This document shows positions 54,334 through 64,000 of a stretch of 64,000 nt of DNA, one piece after another. Numbering within the stretch: position 1 is the stretch's first letter; every line of letters begins with the position of its first letter. The notes below the pieces were generated by a model. It was given only the letters and a program-made list of their open reading frames with translations, was not told the DNA's origin and did no database searches. The DNA is from Candidatus Latescibacterota bacterium (lineage in GTDB: Bacteria; Latescibacterota; UBA2968), in NCBI GenBank assembly GCA_965198115.1, contig OZ240241.1, positions 4,960,001 to 5,024,000 of the forward strand, given 5' to 3'. The translations under genes and the position numbers were made by a program.

Positions 54334-54747
54334 ATGAGGGTTCTGATCGTTGATGATGAGTCAGCTGCACGCATATTCTTTCGCAAGTGCGCGGAACGAT
54401 GGGGTGATGTGGAAGTCGAAGAGTCTTCCGATGGCGATGACGCACTCCTGGCAGTCATGCAGCGGACGTTTGATCTAATAACCGTCGACCTGAACATGCC
54501 AGGAAAAGGAGGACTTGAGATTCTTGCACCGCTCAGGAATTTCTGTCCCCACGCTATTGTCGCTGTGGTGAGCGCCCATTTACCTCAGGAGCTCGATTCC
54601 GACTATGCAGGGAGTGCCGATGTGTTGATTGAGAAGCCAATAGGTTACGATCAATTTAGCCATGTTCTCAACTCAGTTCAGAAGATCATCGGTGCCCGAA
54701 AGGGCCTTGAGGAAATAGGTAGGGTTCCTCCCTCGGCGAGATCATGA
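54334..54747 (+). CDS. Single-domain response regulator
   Basis: LIVDDE, DLNMP, VSA, KP. Confidence 0.9.
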   Translation: MRVLIVDDESAARIFFRKCAERWGDVEVEESSDGDDALLAVMQRTFDLITVDLNMPGKGGLEILAPLRNFCPHAIVAVVSAHLPQELDSDYAGSADVLIEKPIGYDQFSHVLNSVQKIIGARKGLEEIGRVPPSARS

Positions 54748-55069
54748 GTATCGGCGATTTTGAGATTGAACTCGAGAAGAAAGGCCTTCTCTCCTTGGGA
54801 AGGTGGTTTGAGGCACAGAATGTCGAACCATCTCGAGTTTCGTTTCACAAACCCGATACCAGTCTTCTGGTTGGAAGTAAACCTAGAGAGCGGGACCCGT
54901 ATTCGGTCTGATGCCTCGGTGATCGTGCAGGGGTGGGTGAATGGAAGCGTGAAGAACAGGTCCCACATTGTCGCAGAAGATGACATTGTTGTTGATGGCG
55001 ATGTCCACTACGCGCACCTGAGAGGGCGAACAATCCGAATCGGGGGAGAAGCGAAGCGTTGCGTCTTAA

Positions 55070-56364
55070 GGGTTTGCCACGAAATAAGTGCTGCACTTTT
55101 CAAGGTAATGATCTTACGCTCGGAGTGTGGACGTCGAAACTCTCCGAACGAAGTATGAAGCCTTGGCTCCGGTGCTGACGGAACGCACGCGTCGTCTGTG
55201 GGCCGCCACGGAAGCCGAAGCGTTGGGTCACGGTGGGATCGCGATTGTGGCTCTGGCGACAGGAATGTCCAGAGAGCGGATCTTTCGTGGCATTCAGGAG
55301 TTGAGGTCGGACGAACCTTTGGACCCGGCTCGCATCCGGCGTCCAGGCGGCGGTCGTAAGCGGAAGGCCGACACGGACCCGACGCTGTGGCAGGACCTGA
55401 ATGATCTGGTCGAGCCAACGACTGCGGGGTCGCCTGACGACAATCCTCTGAGATGGACATCGAAGAGCACTCGCAAACTGGCCGCCGAGTTGCAAGCGAT
55501 GGGGCATTCGGTGAGCCCCAGGATCGTTGCCAATCTCCTGCACGAACACGATTACACGCTGCAGGCGAATCGGAAGACAAGGGAGGGATCTGCACACCCG
55601 GATCGGGACGCTCAGTTCGTTTACCTCGATGATCGGATTAGCCAGCAGCAGCAGCAGGGCCTTCCCGTTATCTCGGTGGACACCAAGAAGAAAGAGTTGA
55701 TCGGCGACTTCAAGAATCCTGGCCGAGAATGGCGACCCAAGGGAGACCCGGAGCGTGTGAAGGTACACGATTTCATAGTGCCTGCTCAGGGCAAGGCGAT
55801 CCCTTATGGAGTGTATGATCTGAGCCGTGATGAAGGCTGGGTAAGTGTCGGTATCGATCACGACACGGCCAGCTTCGCCGTGAATGCGATCCGAAGTTGG
55901 TGGAAGAACATGGGACGGCCCGCCTACGGCACTTCGACGCATCTGCTAATCACGGCGGACGCAGGCGGCAGCAACGGCGCCAAGACGCGGCTGTGGAAGT
56001 GGGAGCTGCAGCGCTTTGCGAATCGCACTGGCCTGACGATCACCGTATGCCACTACCCTCCTGGCACTAGTAAGTGGAACAAGATCGAACATCGCCTGTT
56101 CTCCTTCATCGCTATGAACTGGCAAGGCAAGCCCCTGGTCAGCCTGGCTGCAACCGTGAATCTCATTGCCGGAACGACCACTCAAGCCGGTCTCCGAGTA
56201 CGCTCCGAGATCGACAAGCGACCCTACCCTAACGGGGTCAAGGTGACCGATGAACAGATGACCCAAATCGATCTCACTCCGCACGATTTCCACGGCGACT
56301 GGAACTACACGATCCGGCCAATGGCTCAACATTGAGATCGACCGTTTATTTTATTCGCGAACCC
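55070..56364 (+). mobile_element. ISAzo13-family element (transposase 55127-56335)
   Basis: R.PGGGRK, LRWTSKS, ISVDTKKKELIG, PGTSKWNKIEHR; imperfect IRs GGGTT...AAATAA; 3-bp TSD TAA. Confidence 0.9.
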
Positions 56365-56368
56365 TAAC

Positions 56369-57005
56369 TAAACCTTGGTAAGCCCCCGGCTCTGCCGGGG
56401 AGACTCCCAGAGTTTGACAGTTCCAGAAATATGTAAGAGCCTCCCTTGCCGTGGACCGCTCAAAGCACACGGAAGGAAGGCTCTCTAATGAACAACGTAA
56501 GGAGTCTACGTCACACGGTTTGGGAGTGCAAGTATGACGTTGTTTGGGTTCGGAAGTATCGTAGAAAAGTGTTGTATGGTGAAATTCGTCGCTATCTGGG
56601 CGAGGTGATTCGGGATCTGGCCGCACAGAAGGAATGCCGTGTGGAAGAGGGTCACCTGCGATCCGACCATGTGCACACGCTGATTTCGATCCCGCCGAAG
56701 CACTCAGTAGCTCAGACGGTAGGGTTCATCAAAGGAAAGAGTGCGATTCACATTGCTCGGAACTATCTGGGACGCAGGTCGAACTTCACCGGGCAGCATT
56801 TCTGGGCAAGAGGCTACTGGGTCTCCACCGTTGGCAAGGATGAACAGACGGTTCGGGAGTATATCCAGAACCAGGAGCGGGAGGACCGGCGTCTCGACCA
56901 GCTCAACATTTTCAGGTAATCGCCACCTTTAGGTGGCGCTTGGTTTCCAACCGCTTTGAGCGGTTCACAAGTTTTCAAGCCTCCGGCTTTGCCGGAGGTC
57001 ATGAC
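56369..57005 (+). mobile_element. tnpA: IS200 copy C (tnpA 56488-56919)
   Basis: Near-identical to copy A; same TAAC target and TGAC end. Confidence 0.92.
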
Positions 57006-57896
57006 TGCTGCAGAAGGAATCGAGGTGGGGGCCGAGATCAGCGGTGCCAAGATGTTGGTTGGGAGTTTTGAGAAGGAGAAGCGAGAGCTTGCGGCCTGCT
57101 GGCAGGATCTCCAGCGTCTGCGGAAAAGCAACGAATACAATGAGCGTCAATACGCGATCGACCAGCGTCGGGTTCCCAAACAGATCGGCAAAACACGATT
57201 CAAGCTGGATTACAGCATCGGCAAAGTTGTCCAGCACTGGGTTGTTCAACAGACGAACAAACAGATCGAAATCGATCTTCAGCCGCTCTATGACGTACTC
57301 CCAAATAAATCGGAGGCGGAGATCGATATCGCGCTAAAAGAATTCTTTGCCGCCGGCATCATGGCGACACTCGTTCGTGAAAATCAGCATCTGATCGAAG
57401 TCAACCCGAACCGTCGCAAGGTTTTCATGGGGACCATCCAGCATCTGCAGGGGTTGTTTTCGCTTGCTCGGACCATCGACAAGGAGAGGGTCGGTGTGGA
57501 GCGAGGTGAGCGGCGACTCGACGAGCTCGTGGATGATGTTGGTGACCTCACCCCATGGCTGCGAACTCGAGGGCCGATTCTACCCGATGTAGACGTTGAG
57601 TTTCGCAAGCCTGTTATCAATCGCCAACCCGAACAGCAGCCGCTGATCGAAGAAGATCAGGCATCGTACAGTCTGCGCATGGGCCGAGTGACGAGTTCCC
57701 GGTCCGTTGAACAGACCAGCACGCGTGGCGAGGTCCGCAACCGTGAAGCGAGCCCCGGAGAGTTGCAGGCAACCAAGTTCGAATTGGACTCGGGTTGGCT
57801 GGAAGGGTCGGCGATTGTTTAGACTTTCTCGGATAGCCAGAGTTTTTGAGATGTGAAGGAGTCTTTCTCTGATTCCTGTCAATTCCAGGCGATAAA

Positions 57897-58040
57897 GACT
57901 GAAGATTCCGGGGCGCGATACTACGAACAGAGGGGCAGCGTGATGGCCGGGCTGTGGACCCGCTGTCGAAGTGAGGCTGCTCCCGGGTGGTACGGATTGG
58001 TCAAAGCCCTCTCCTTTTAGGCCAGGAGAGGGCTTTTTCT
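57897..58040 (+). ncRNA. Candidate small structured RNA plus intrinsic terminator
   Basis: Nested stems TACTAC/GTGGTA, GGGGCAGC/GCTGCTCC, CGGG/CCCG; then AAAGCCCTCTCC...GGAGAGGGCTTTTT. Confidence 0.35.
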
Positions 58041-58142
58041 GTTCAAGGCGTATGTCTGTTTCATCGTGCGAACCTGACTTTGGCAAGGTCGGGCGGAACT
58101 ACATTGCCACGACTTGGTTCACGACGCATCCCTCACTCAAAA

Positions 58143-58314
58143 ACGAACCCCTCTCTCAACTCTGAGAGGGGTTCGTCGTAGTTTAGGTTCCGAATGCTTG
58201 CAATCGACGACCTATCGTCGATCGGTATGAAAGTTCAGAACGCGTTGTCTGAGATCATAGCCGGACAATTTGCTTTCGAAAATAAAACAGGGGGTCGGAC
58301 AATAACCCCCTGTT
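58143..58314. terminator. Two further hairpins downstream of glnA
   Basis: ACGAACCCCTCTC/GAGAGGGGTTCGT and AACAGGGGGT/ACCCCCTGTT. Confidence 0.6.
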
Positions 58315-58342
58315 AGTAGAAACCTATGGAAATGCCAGACTC

Positions 58343-59761
58343 TTAGATGTCGTAGTAGAGTGCGAATTCGTATGGATGCGGGCGCAGGTTGACGGCCTCC
58401 ACCTCGTTTTCGCGTTTGTATTCGATCCAGGTTTCGATCACATCCTCGGTGAATACGTCGCCCTTGAGCAGGAAATCGTGATCGGCCTCGAAGGCGTCGA
58501 GCGCTTCGTCCAACGACCCGGGAGTCTGTGGTACGCGAGCCAATTCTTCTGGCTCGAGGTCGTAGAGATTCTTGTCGAGGGGCTCACCCGGGTCGATCTT
58601 GTTCTGGATGCCGTCGAGTCCGGCCATGAGCATGGCCGAGAAGGCGAGGTAGGGGTTGCACGACGGGTCGGGGCAGCGAAATTCGACCCGCTTCGCTTTG
58701 GGGCTCGGCGAATACATCGGGATGCGGCACGCGGCACTCCGGTTGCGCTGGGAGTAGGCGAGGTTGACCGGCGCCTCGTAGCCCGGCACCAGCCGTTTGA
58801 AGGAGTTGGTGGTCGGGTTGGTCATGGCGATCAGAGCCGGGGCGTGTTTGAGCAGGCCGCCGATGTAGTAGAGCGCTTCTTCGCTCAGACCTGCGTAGCC
58901 AGATCCCGCGAACAGGGGCGTGTCACCGGTCCAGATGCTCTGATGGACGTGCATCCCACTACCGTTGTCTTCGAAGATAGGCTTGGGCATGAACGTCACG
59001 GTCTTGCCGTACTTCCGCGCCACGTTTTTGGTGATGTATTTGTAGAGGACGAGGTTGTCGGCGCAGTTCACGAGTGGGCAGAATCGGATGTCGATTTCGC
59101 ACTGCCCTCCGGTCGCGACCTCGTGATGATGTTGCTCGACGTCAACCCCACAGTCGATCATCGTGAGCATCATCTCCGACCGTATGTCCTGGAGGGTGTC
59201 CGTGGGCGGGACCGGGAAGTAGCCTTCCTTGTAGCGGGGCTTGTAGCCCAAGTTGGGATTCTCGGGGCTGCCGGTATTCCAGCGTCCCTCGATGGAGTCG
59301 ACGAAGTAGTAGCCGGCGTTGGGGGTCTGGTCGAACCGGATGTCGTCGAAGACGAAGAACTCGGCCTCGGGCCCGAAGTAGGCCGTATCGCCGATACCGG
59401 TCGATTTCAGGTAATTTTCGGCCTTCTTTGCGACCGTGCGAGGGTCGCGCGTATAGCGGCTCCGGGTAATGGGGTCCGCGATGTCGCAAAACATCACGAG
59501 CGTTGAGTTTTCGAGGAACGGATCGATGAACGCAGTCTCAGGGTCTGGGATGACGAGCATGTCGCTTTCGTCGATGGCCTGCCATCCGCGGATGCTCGAC
59601 CCGTCGAACCCCATTCCATCTTCGAATGAATCTTCTTCCAAATCGCTGGCTCGCATGGAGAAGTGCTGCCACAAACCTGGAAAGTCCATAAATCGCAAGT
59701 CGATGATCTTTACGTCGTGCTCTTTGACCATGTTGAGCACGTCTTGAGGCGTCTTCGCCAT
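58343..59761 (-). CDS. glnA: Glutamine synthetase type I
   Basis: [40 protein letters not shown] adenylylation site. Confidence 0.97.
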   Translation of the reverse strand: MAKTPQDVLNMVKEHDVKIIDLRFMDFPGLWQHFSMRASDLEEDSFEDGMGFDGSSIRGWQAIDESDMLVIPDPETAFIDPFLENSTLVMFCDIADPITRSRYTRDPRTVAKKAENYLKSTGIGDTAYFGPEAEFFVFDDIRFDQTPNAGYYFVDSIEGRWNTGSPENPNLGYKPRYKEGYFPVPPTDTLQDIRSEMMLTMIDCGVDVEQHHHEVATGGQCEIDIRFCPLVNCADNLVLYKYITKNVARKYGKTVTFMPKPIFEDNGSGMHVHQSIWTGDTPLFAGSGYAGLSEEALYYIGGLLKHAPALIAMTNPTTNSFKRLVPGYEAPVNLAYSQRNRSAACRIPMYSPSPKAKRVEFRCPDPSCNPYLAFSAMLMAGLDGIQNKIDPGEPLDKNLYDLEPEELARVPQTPGSLDEALDAFEADHDFLLKGDVFTEDVIETWIEYKRENEVEAVNLRPHPYEFALYYDI

Positions 59762-59973
59762 TACGAACTCCTTTCTACTGTGGAAGGGCAGCCGTCGCCG
59801 CCCGGCGGTCGCGATCCCGCAAAACGCCAGCCAATATACCTGCAGCCTGTTTCCCGGTCATTTCGCGTATGTTAAATGATTGTTAACTACAGCAGAAACG
59901 CCTCTCCGGGCGTCACTTCGCAGAGGCTGAGTATATATGTACGAGGTAGGAATTGCGCAAGCCTGGCTTTAGT

Positions 59974-60341
59974 GTGAAGACGCGTGGATGTGTCGTCGCG
60001 ATGCTGCTGCATCTGATGTGGGTCGCAGTGTTGCCGGACTCGGCAGAGGCGCGTCCCCATCGGGTGGACCAGGTGCCGAACGGTCAGGTGTTCGGATGTG
60101 CGACCTGTCACGCACGGTTTCCGCTTCGCCGAGTGTCACATCGAACAGCAACCGCTCCAGATCCACGCTCGTGGCCGCGTTTACGGATGACGGCCAGGTC
60201 GACTTTGCCGATTTTGTCCTCTTCGCACTCGGATTCGGCTCCACCGAGGGAGACTCGGGATTCGAGGCGAGGTTCGATCTGGACCGTGACGGCGCGGTCA
60301 GTTTCAGCGATTTCCTTTTGTTCGTAGAGGCCTTCGGCTAG
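59974..60341 (+). pseudogene. Secreted protein remnant: CxxCH temptin-like N-terminus joined to a dockerin/EF-hand-like C-terminus (middle missing)
   Basis: Signal peptide, RPHRVDQVPNG...CATCH; DGQVDFADFVLFALGFG...FDLDRDGAVSFSDFLLFVEAFG. Confidence 0.6.
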
Positions 60342-60509
60342 CGAGCAAACAGGCTCGCCCAAGAGGTCAAACGACGCAAGGTGCAACCGTTCTTCTCGTG
60401 ACGACCATCACAGTAGAAGCTCTTGGAATAACTTATGTTAAGGACGCTCTGGGACGTGTTCCGTCGGGTTTTCCTCAGGGCATCAACCGCACGATCTGGA
60501 GGGATTTCG

Positions 60510-63500
60510 ATGAAGCATTCGCGATGGGTTTTGGGGTTCCTGGTTGCCTTCACGATTGGTCTGCCCGCCGACAGTTGGGGACGGAGTTTCCGACCTGCCC
60601 TGTTGCCGGTCGCGCCGGACGGATGCAATACCTGTCACACCACCGGTGGTGGTTCGCCCCGGAACGTGTTCGGACAGGACGTCTAGGATCGCGTGACACC
60701 GAACGGTCGGGAAGAATTCTGGGGCCCCGATCTCGCCGCGCTTGACTCTGACAATGACGGCGTGACCAACGGTCAAGAGCTGGGCGACCCGGATGGAGAC
60801 GGCGTACGGGATTTCTCGATTCAGGTAACGAGCCCGGGCAGTGCCACGTCGTTCATTCAGCCTCCGCACCACCGGAGGATCCCTTGCCCGTCGTGTCGCT
60901 TGGAGAAGTCGTCGTGCTGTTCGACGGCGGGCCCCTGTCGACCGACGGAGCCAACGGGCCGTTTGCGCCAGGTTCACACGAGATCACGATTGTCGTCGGT
61001 GGTCCGATCGACGGTCAGATCAGCAACGACGACATCCTTTCTGAAAACTTCAATGTCTTGCTCTTTCCCGCTGAGGTAGCCGAAGCAGCGACCGACCTCG
61101 TCCTCGCTGACGACAGGTTGTCGCTTTCACTGATGCTGGCATTGGGCGCGGATGCGCGATTCCAACTCATCGTCGCAGATTTCCCGGGCCGCGTGGGTGA
61201 CGGTCCCATCTTCCGCGGGGGCACAAGCACGCCGCCGTCCGGGGGCACTACGGGACTCGTGACAACTGAGGGGCTCGGAGAGATCGCGGGCGGCCGTGTA
61301 CTGCTGCTTTCTGTCGATTCGCGCGACGCCCTGGCTGGTGACGGCGGTGACGACGCGCTCGAGCGCTTCATTCGGCGTCGTGCGCGGCTGTCGGAGGACT
61401 CCACGTTCGAGTTTCCGTTCCTTCGCGACGGCAGCTACCTGCTCGTGGCGCAAGTCGCGGTGGGCGAAGGTCCCGGGGACTTCGACAACGAAGAGATTGC
61501 ACCCGATCGTCGAGTCGGAGACGTCTATGACGAGGATGGCGACGGCCAACCCGATCCAGTGATCGTCTCCGGCGGCCAGATTGTCGACGTGACGATCACG
61601 GTCGGGGCGCAGGGCGATGGACCCGCGCGCGGACGAATCACGCGCATTCTGATCGACGAAGGTGTCATCTGCATTCCGGGTCGTCGGTTCCGCTTCCGCG
61701 GCGGTCTCGATATCCTCCTGCCGGATGGGCGCCGGGTAGCCTTCCAGGAAGCCCTCCCGAGCGGTGCGCTCTCGGGCGATACCCCCGTTGCGCTGGATAT
61801 CGAGGATAGGGAAGAGGGACGTGTGGTCGTGGGGATACGTGCGCTGACGCCGAACGATCAGCAGAGACCAGGACGTAACGTCCTGATCGCCCGTCTCGGT
61901 GGGCTGGCCAGGGAGGCCGACTTTTTGCAACTGCCTGAACGTTGCTTCCTCGTGACGAATACGACGACGATCGTCGAAGAGGACGCAACGCTCGCTTTGG
62001 CCGATCTGGTTCGGAACGATGCAGTGGAAATTACGGCCGATGATCCACTGGAAGACGGAACCCTGCCGATTGCCACGAACATCACACGCCTTGAGCGGGC
62101 GCCCGAGCCGTTGCGCGTCGTTTCGCTCACGATCGGGGGACAGACGATCGAGGAAGACGTGGCGAATCCGCCGCTCACGCCAGGGCCGAATACCGCCATT
62201 TTCACCTTCAACCGGCCCCTGAATATGCGGGTCGACGATCAGGGCGAGACGGATATCGGCGTGGACGTCCAGTTTGTGCCTGAGCTCCTGGAAGAACCGG
62301 CCGATCTCACCGTGCGACGACGGTCTGTCCTTCACGGCGACGGTCGACATTCCGGAGAACGTGACTCTCCAGCTCGCAGTCGGCGTACCCCGGCTCGGTG
62401 GAGACCGCCATCAATCGTTCTACGTCGGGACGATCGATCTTCCGACTCCGACGGTCGAAGGGGCGTTGACGACCCCGGAGGGCGTGATGCTGCCCGAAAC
62501 GACGGGGGGCCTCGTTGTCCTCGTAACCGAGGAGGTGCTACTCAGCCTAGAGGATGAGCTGTCGGACAGCGAGGCTGCCGGGAAGATCACGGCCCTCGCT
62601 CAGATTACGGACGAGCTCACACCGTTGATGGAAGATGAGGCACTCGAGCCGGGGCTGGACCGCTCGGTCCGCGAGGGTGTCCGTGTGGCTGTGCCCGCGA
62701 ACGATCTTTCGTTTAGTCTGCGATTCGTTCCTGACGGAACCTACTTCGTGGCAGCCTCGCTGTCGGCCCGGGTGCCCGACGGACACGGTCGCTTCGTCGG
62801 TTTCTACGACCCGGATGGGACGGGATCGGCTGCTCCAATCACCGTGTCAGGCGAAAGCATCGTCGGTTTGGACATTTCCCTCGGTTCGCCGATGCGACCA
62901 CCACCCCCGGTCCGTCTTGGGGACGCCCTGCGAGAGCTGCTGACGCGGTTCGAAAGCGACGAGATCACGGGCGTCACGGTCGAAGACCTCTCACCACGCA
63001 TCACCGAGCGCGAGCTTCAACGGTTCGGGCAGATCGCCGGGGACGACGGCATCCTGATGTTCAACGAGCTGAGGCGCGCCCTCGGCATTCCTGAGCCTGA
63101 GCCCGAACCGGCCGTGGCCGGAAGGGTTTCGAGCATCGACGTGGCAAACTCGTCCTTCGAAGTGACCGATGAGGCCGAGCAGGTCTGGACGATTCTGGTG
63201 GACGAAGAGACGACGTTCGGCATTTCGGGCGAGCAGACGATCTTCGACGTTGATCGACTCAGCGACACGTCCGTCCAACCGGTCGGAAAACAGGGAAACT
63301 CCAGCGGCCGTGGAAGTCAGGGCGGCAATCAGGATCGAGGTAACCAGGGTCGTGGCAACACGGATCGAGGCGGCACTGGACGCGTCTCTCGCGCCCTGAC
63401 GATCGAGGATCTGAAGGCATGCAGGTCATCGTCCTGGGTGAAACGATCGCGGACCTGACGGTGAACGCCGACCGCGTGCAGATTCAGAACAACGGCATCG

Positions 63501-64000
63501 TGACGGCGTCGTTCACGATCGAGGGCCGAATCGCCCGTTTCGATCCTTTCCGTTTGGAAATTACGCTCGAGAGCGAGCGCGTGTTGAAGTTGACGCGCAA
63601 CACGACTCTCATCGGACCCGATGGCGAGCCGACCGAGCCGAGGAACCTGTTACCCGGCGCGAGGATTTCGGCCACAGGCACGATCGCGACTCAGGGCAGG
63701 CGTTCGACGCACGTGGTGGAGACGGTTCAACTGTTGAGCGGACGTCCGTTCGAGCTTCAGGCTCGCGTCGAGTCTGTCGACGGGCGCGTTCTGACGCTCC
63801 TGCCGAGGTCCCCCGAGCCGATCGATCCCCGTGCCAAGTTCGCGGATGCGCGAGGGCGAAGGGTCCCACGAGAAGAGTTCAAGGCACTGCTGGCAGATGC
63901 CCAGGGTCTCGACGTGCTCGTGAAGTTCAACCGGTTCGGGACCGGCGTGATTGGGCTTCAGATCTACGATCCCAATCGCAACCGAGAAATCAAAGAGGAT
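60510..64000 (+). pseudogene. Large secreted multidomain protein (CxxCH temptin-like domain, DUF5666-like repeats); broken by a TAG at 60684 and several frameshifts; runs off the window
   Basis: GGAGG RBS, signal peptide, CNTCH..GGG.PRN.FG.D, LDSDNDGVTNGQELGDPDG; later G.V.SID....F.V / T.I....L.DL..G..V.V units in successive frames. Confidence 0.6.

Larger units (their letters stand above)
54744..57822 (+). pseudogene. FapA/DUF342-like protein split by ISAzo13 + IS200
   Basis: Beta-helix-like SVIVQG.V...IVAEDDIVVDG; removing both IS joins ...AKRCVL|TAAEGIEVG in frame; family assignment is inference. Confidence 0.6.

Noticed and set aside
57984-57996. T-box motif (GGGTGGTAC) before a terminator
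   Set aside because: No Stem I and no downstream co-directional amino-acid gene
60340-60392. c-di-GMP-I riboswitch (GCAAAC...GACGCAAG)
   Set aside because: No GNRA-capped P2 stem or convincing P3; only a partial motif match
1-64000. Genome-wide TGA or TAG recoding; tRNA, rRNA, cas or reverse-transcriptase genes
   Set aside because: Many intact genes end in TGA or TAG at expected positions; I saw no tRNA/rRNA folds or Cas/RT motifs by eye

Overview
GC-rich bacterial DNA with a very high load of insertion sequences and many broken genes. Sulfatases, a PhyH fragment and a C-terminal 'DF..FA..FG' dockerin/EF-hand-like module suggest a Latescibacterota-like lineage (inference only). Mobile DNA I could delimit by eye: five copies of one ~1420-bp ISL3 (one tandem dimer, two bracketing flgM), several IS256-family copies and fragments, three IS200 (Y1 tnpA) copies, one IS1182, one ISAzo13, IS3 and IS21 scraps, and a 656-bp non-autonomous IS1595-like cassette carrying a DNA-methyltransferase fragment. 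Host blocks: a prophage structural fragment (1-2257); lysA-glpD-like-Nramp-like transporter-sulfatases-hydrolase-peptidase-NIPSNAP (12.4-22.5 kb); a GAF/PAS sensor; an SbcD/SbcC-like pair; fliS-flgN-flgM; a Na/Pi symporter with PhoU; a 2-phosphoglycerate-kinase-like gene; aldolases; a FapA/DUF342-like gene split by two abutting IS; glnA; and a large secreted protein with a CxxCH temptin-like domain. Many abrupt gene-to-gene junctions, single-base frameshifts and in-frame stops mean assembly or sequencing artefacts cannot be excluded. Best leads for something new: a promoter, structured (possibly pseudoknotted) RNA, terminator and NYN RNase unit resembling a type III toxin-antitoxin system (36.3-36.8 kb); a highly structured non-coding region split by the ISL3 dimer; an FlgM with a tandem-duplicated sigma28-binding module; heme-c-motif temptin-like domains; and families of 7/9/10-bp periodic intergenic repeats.
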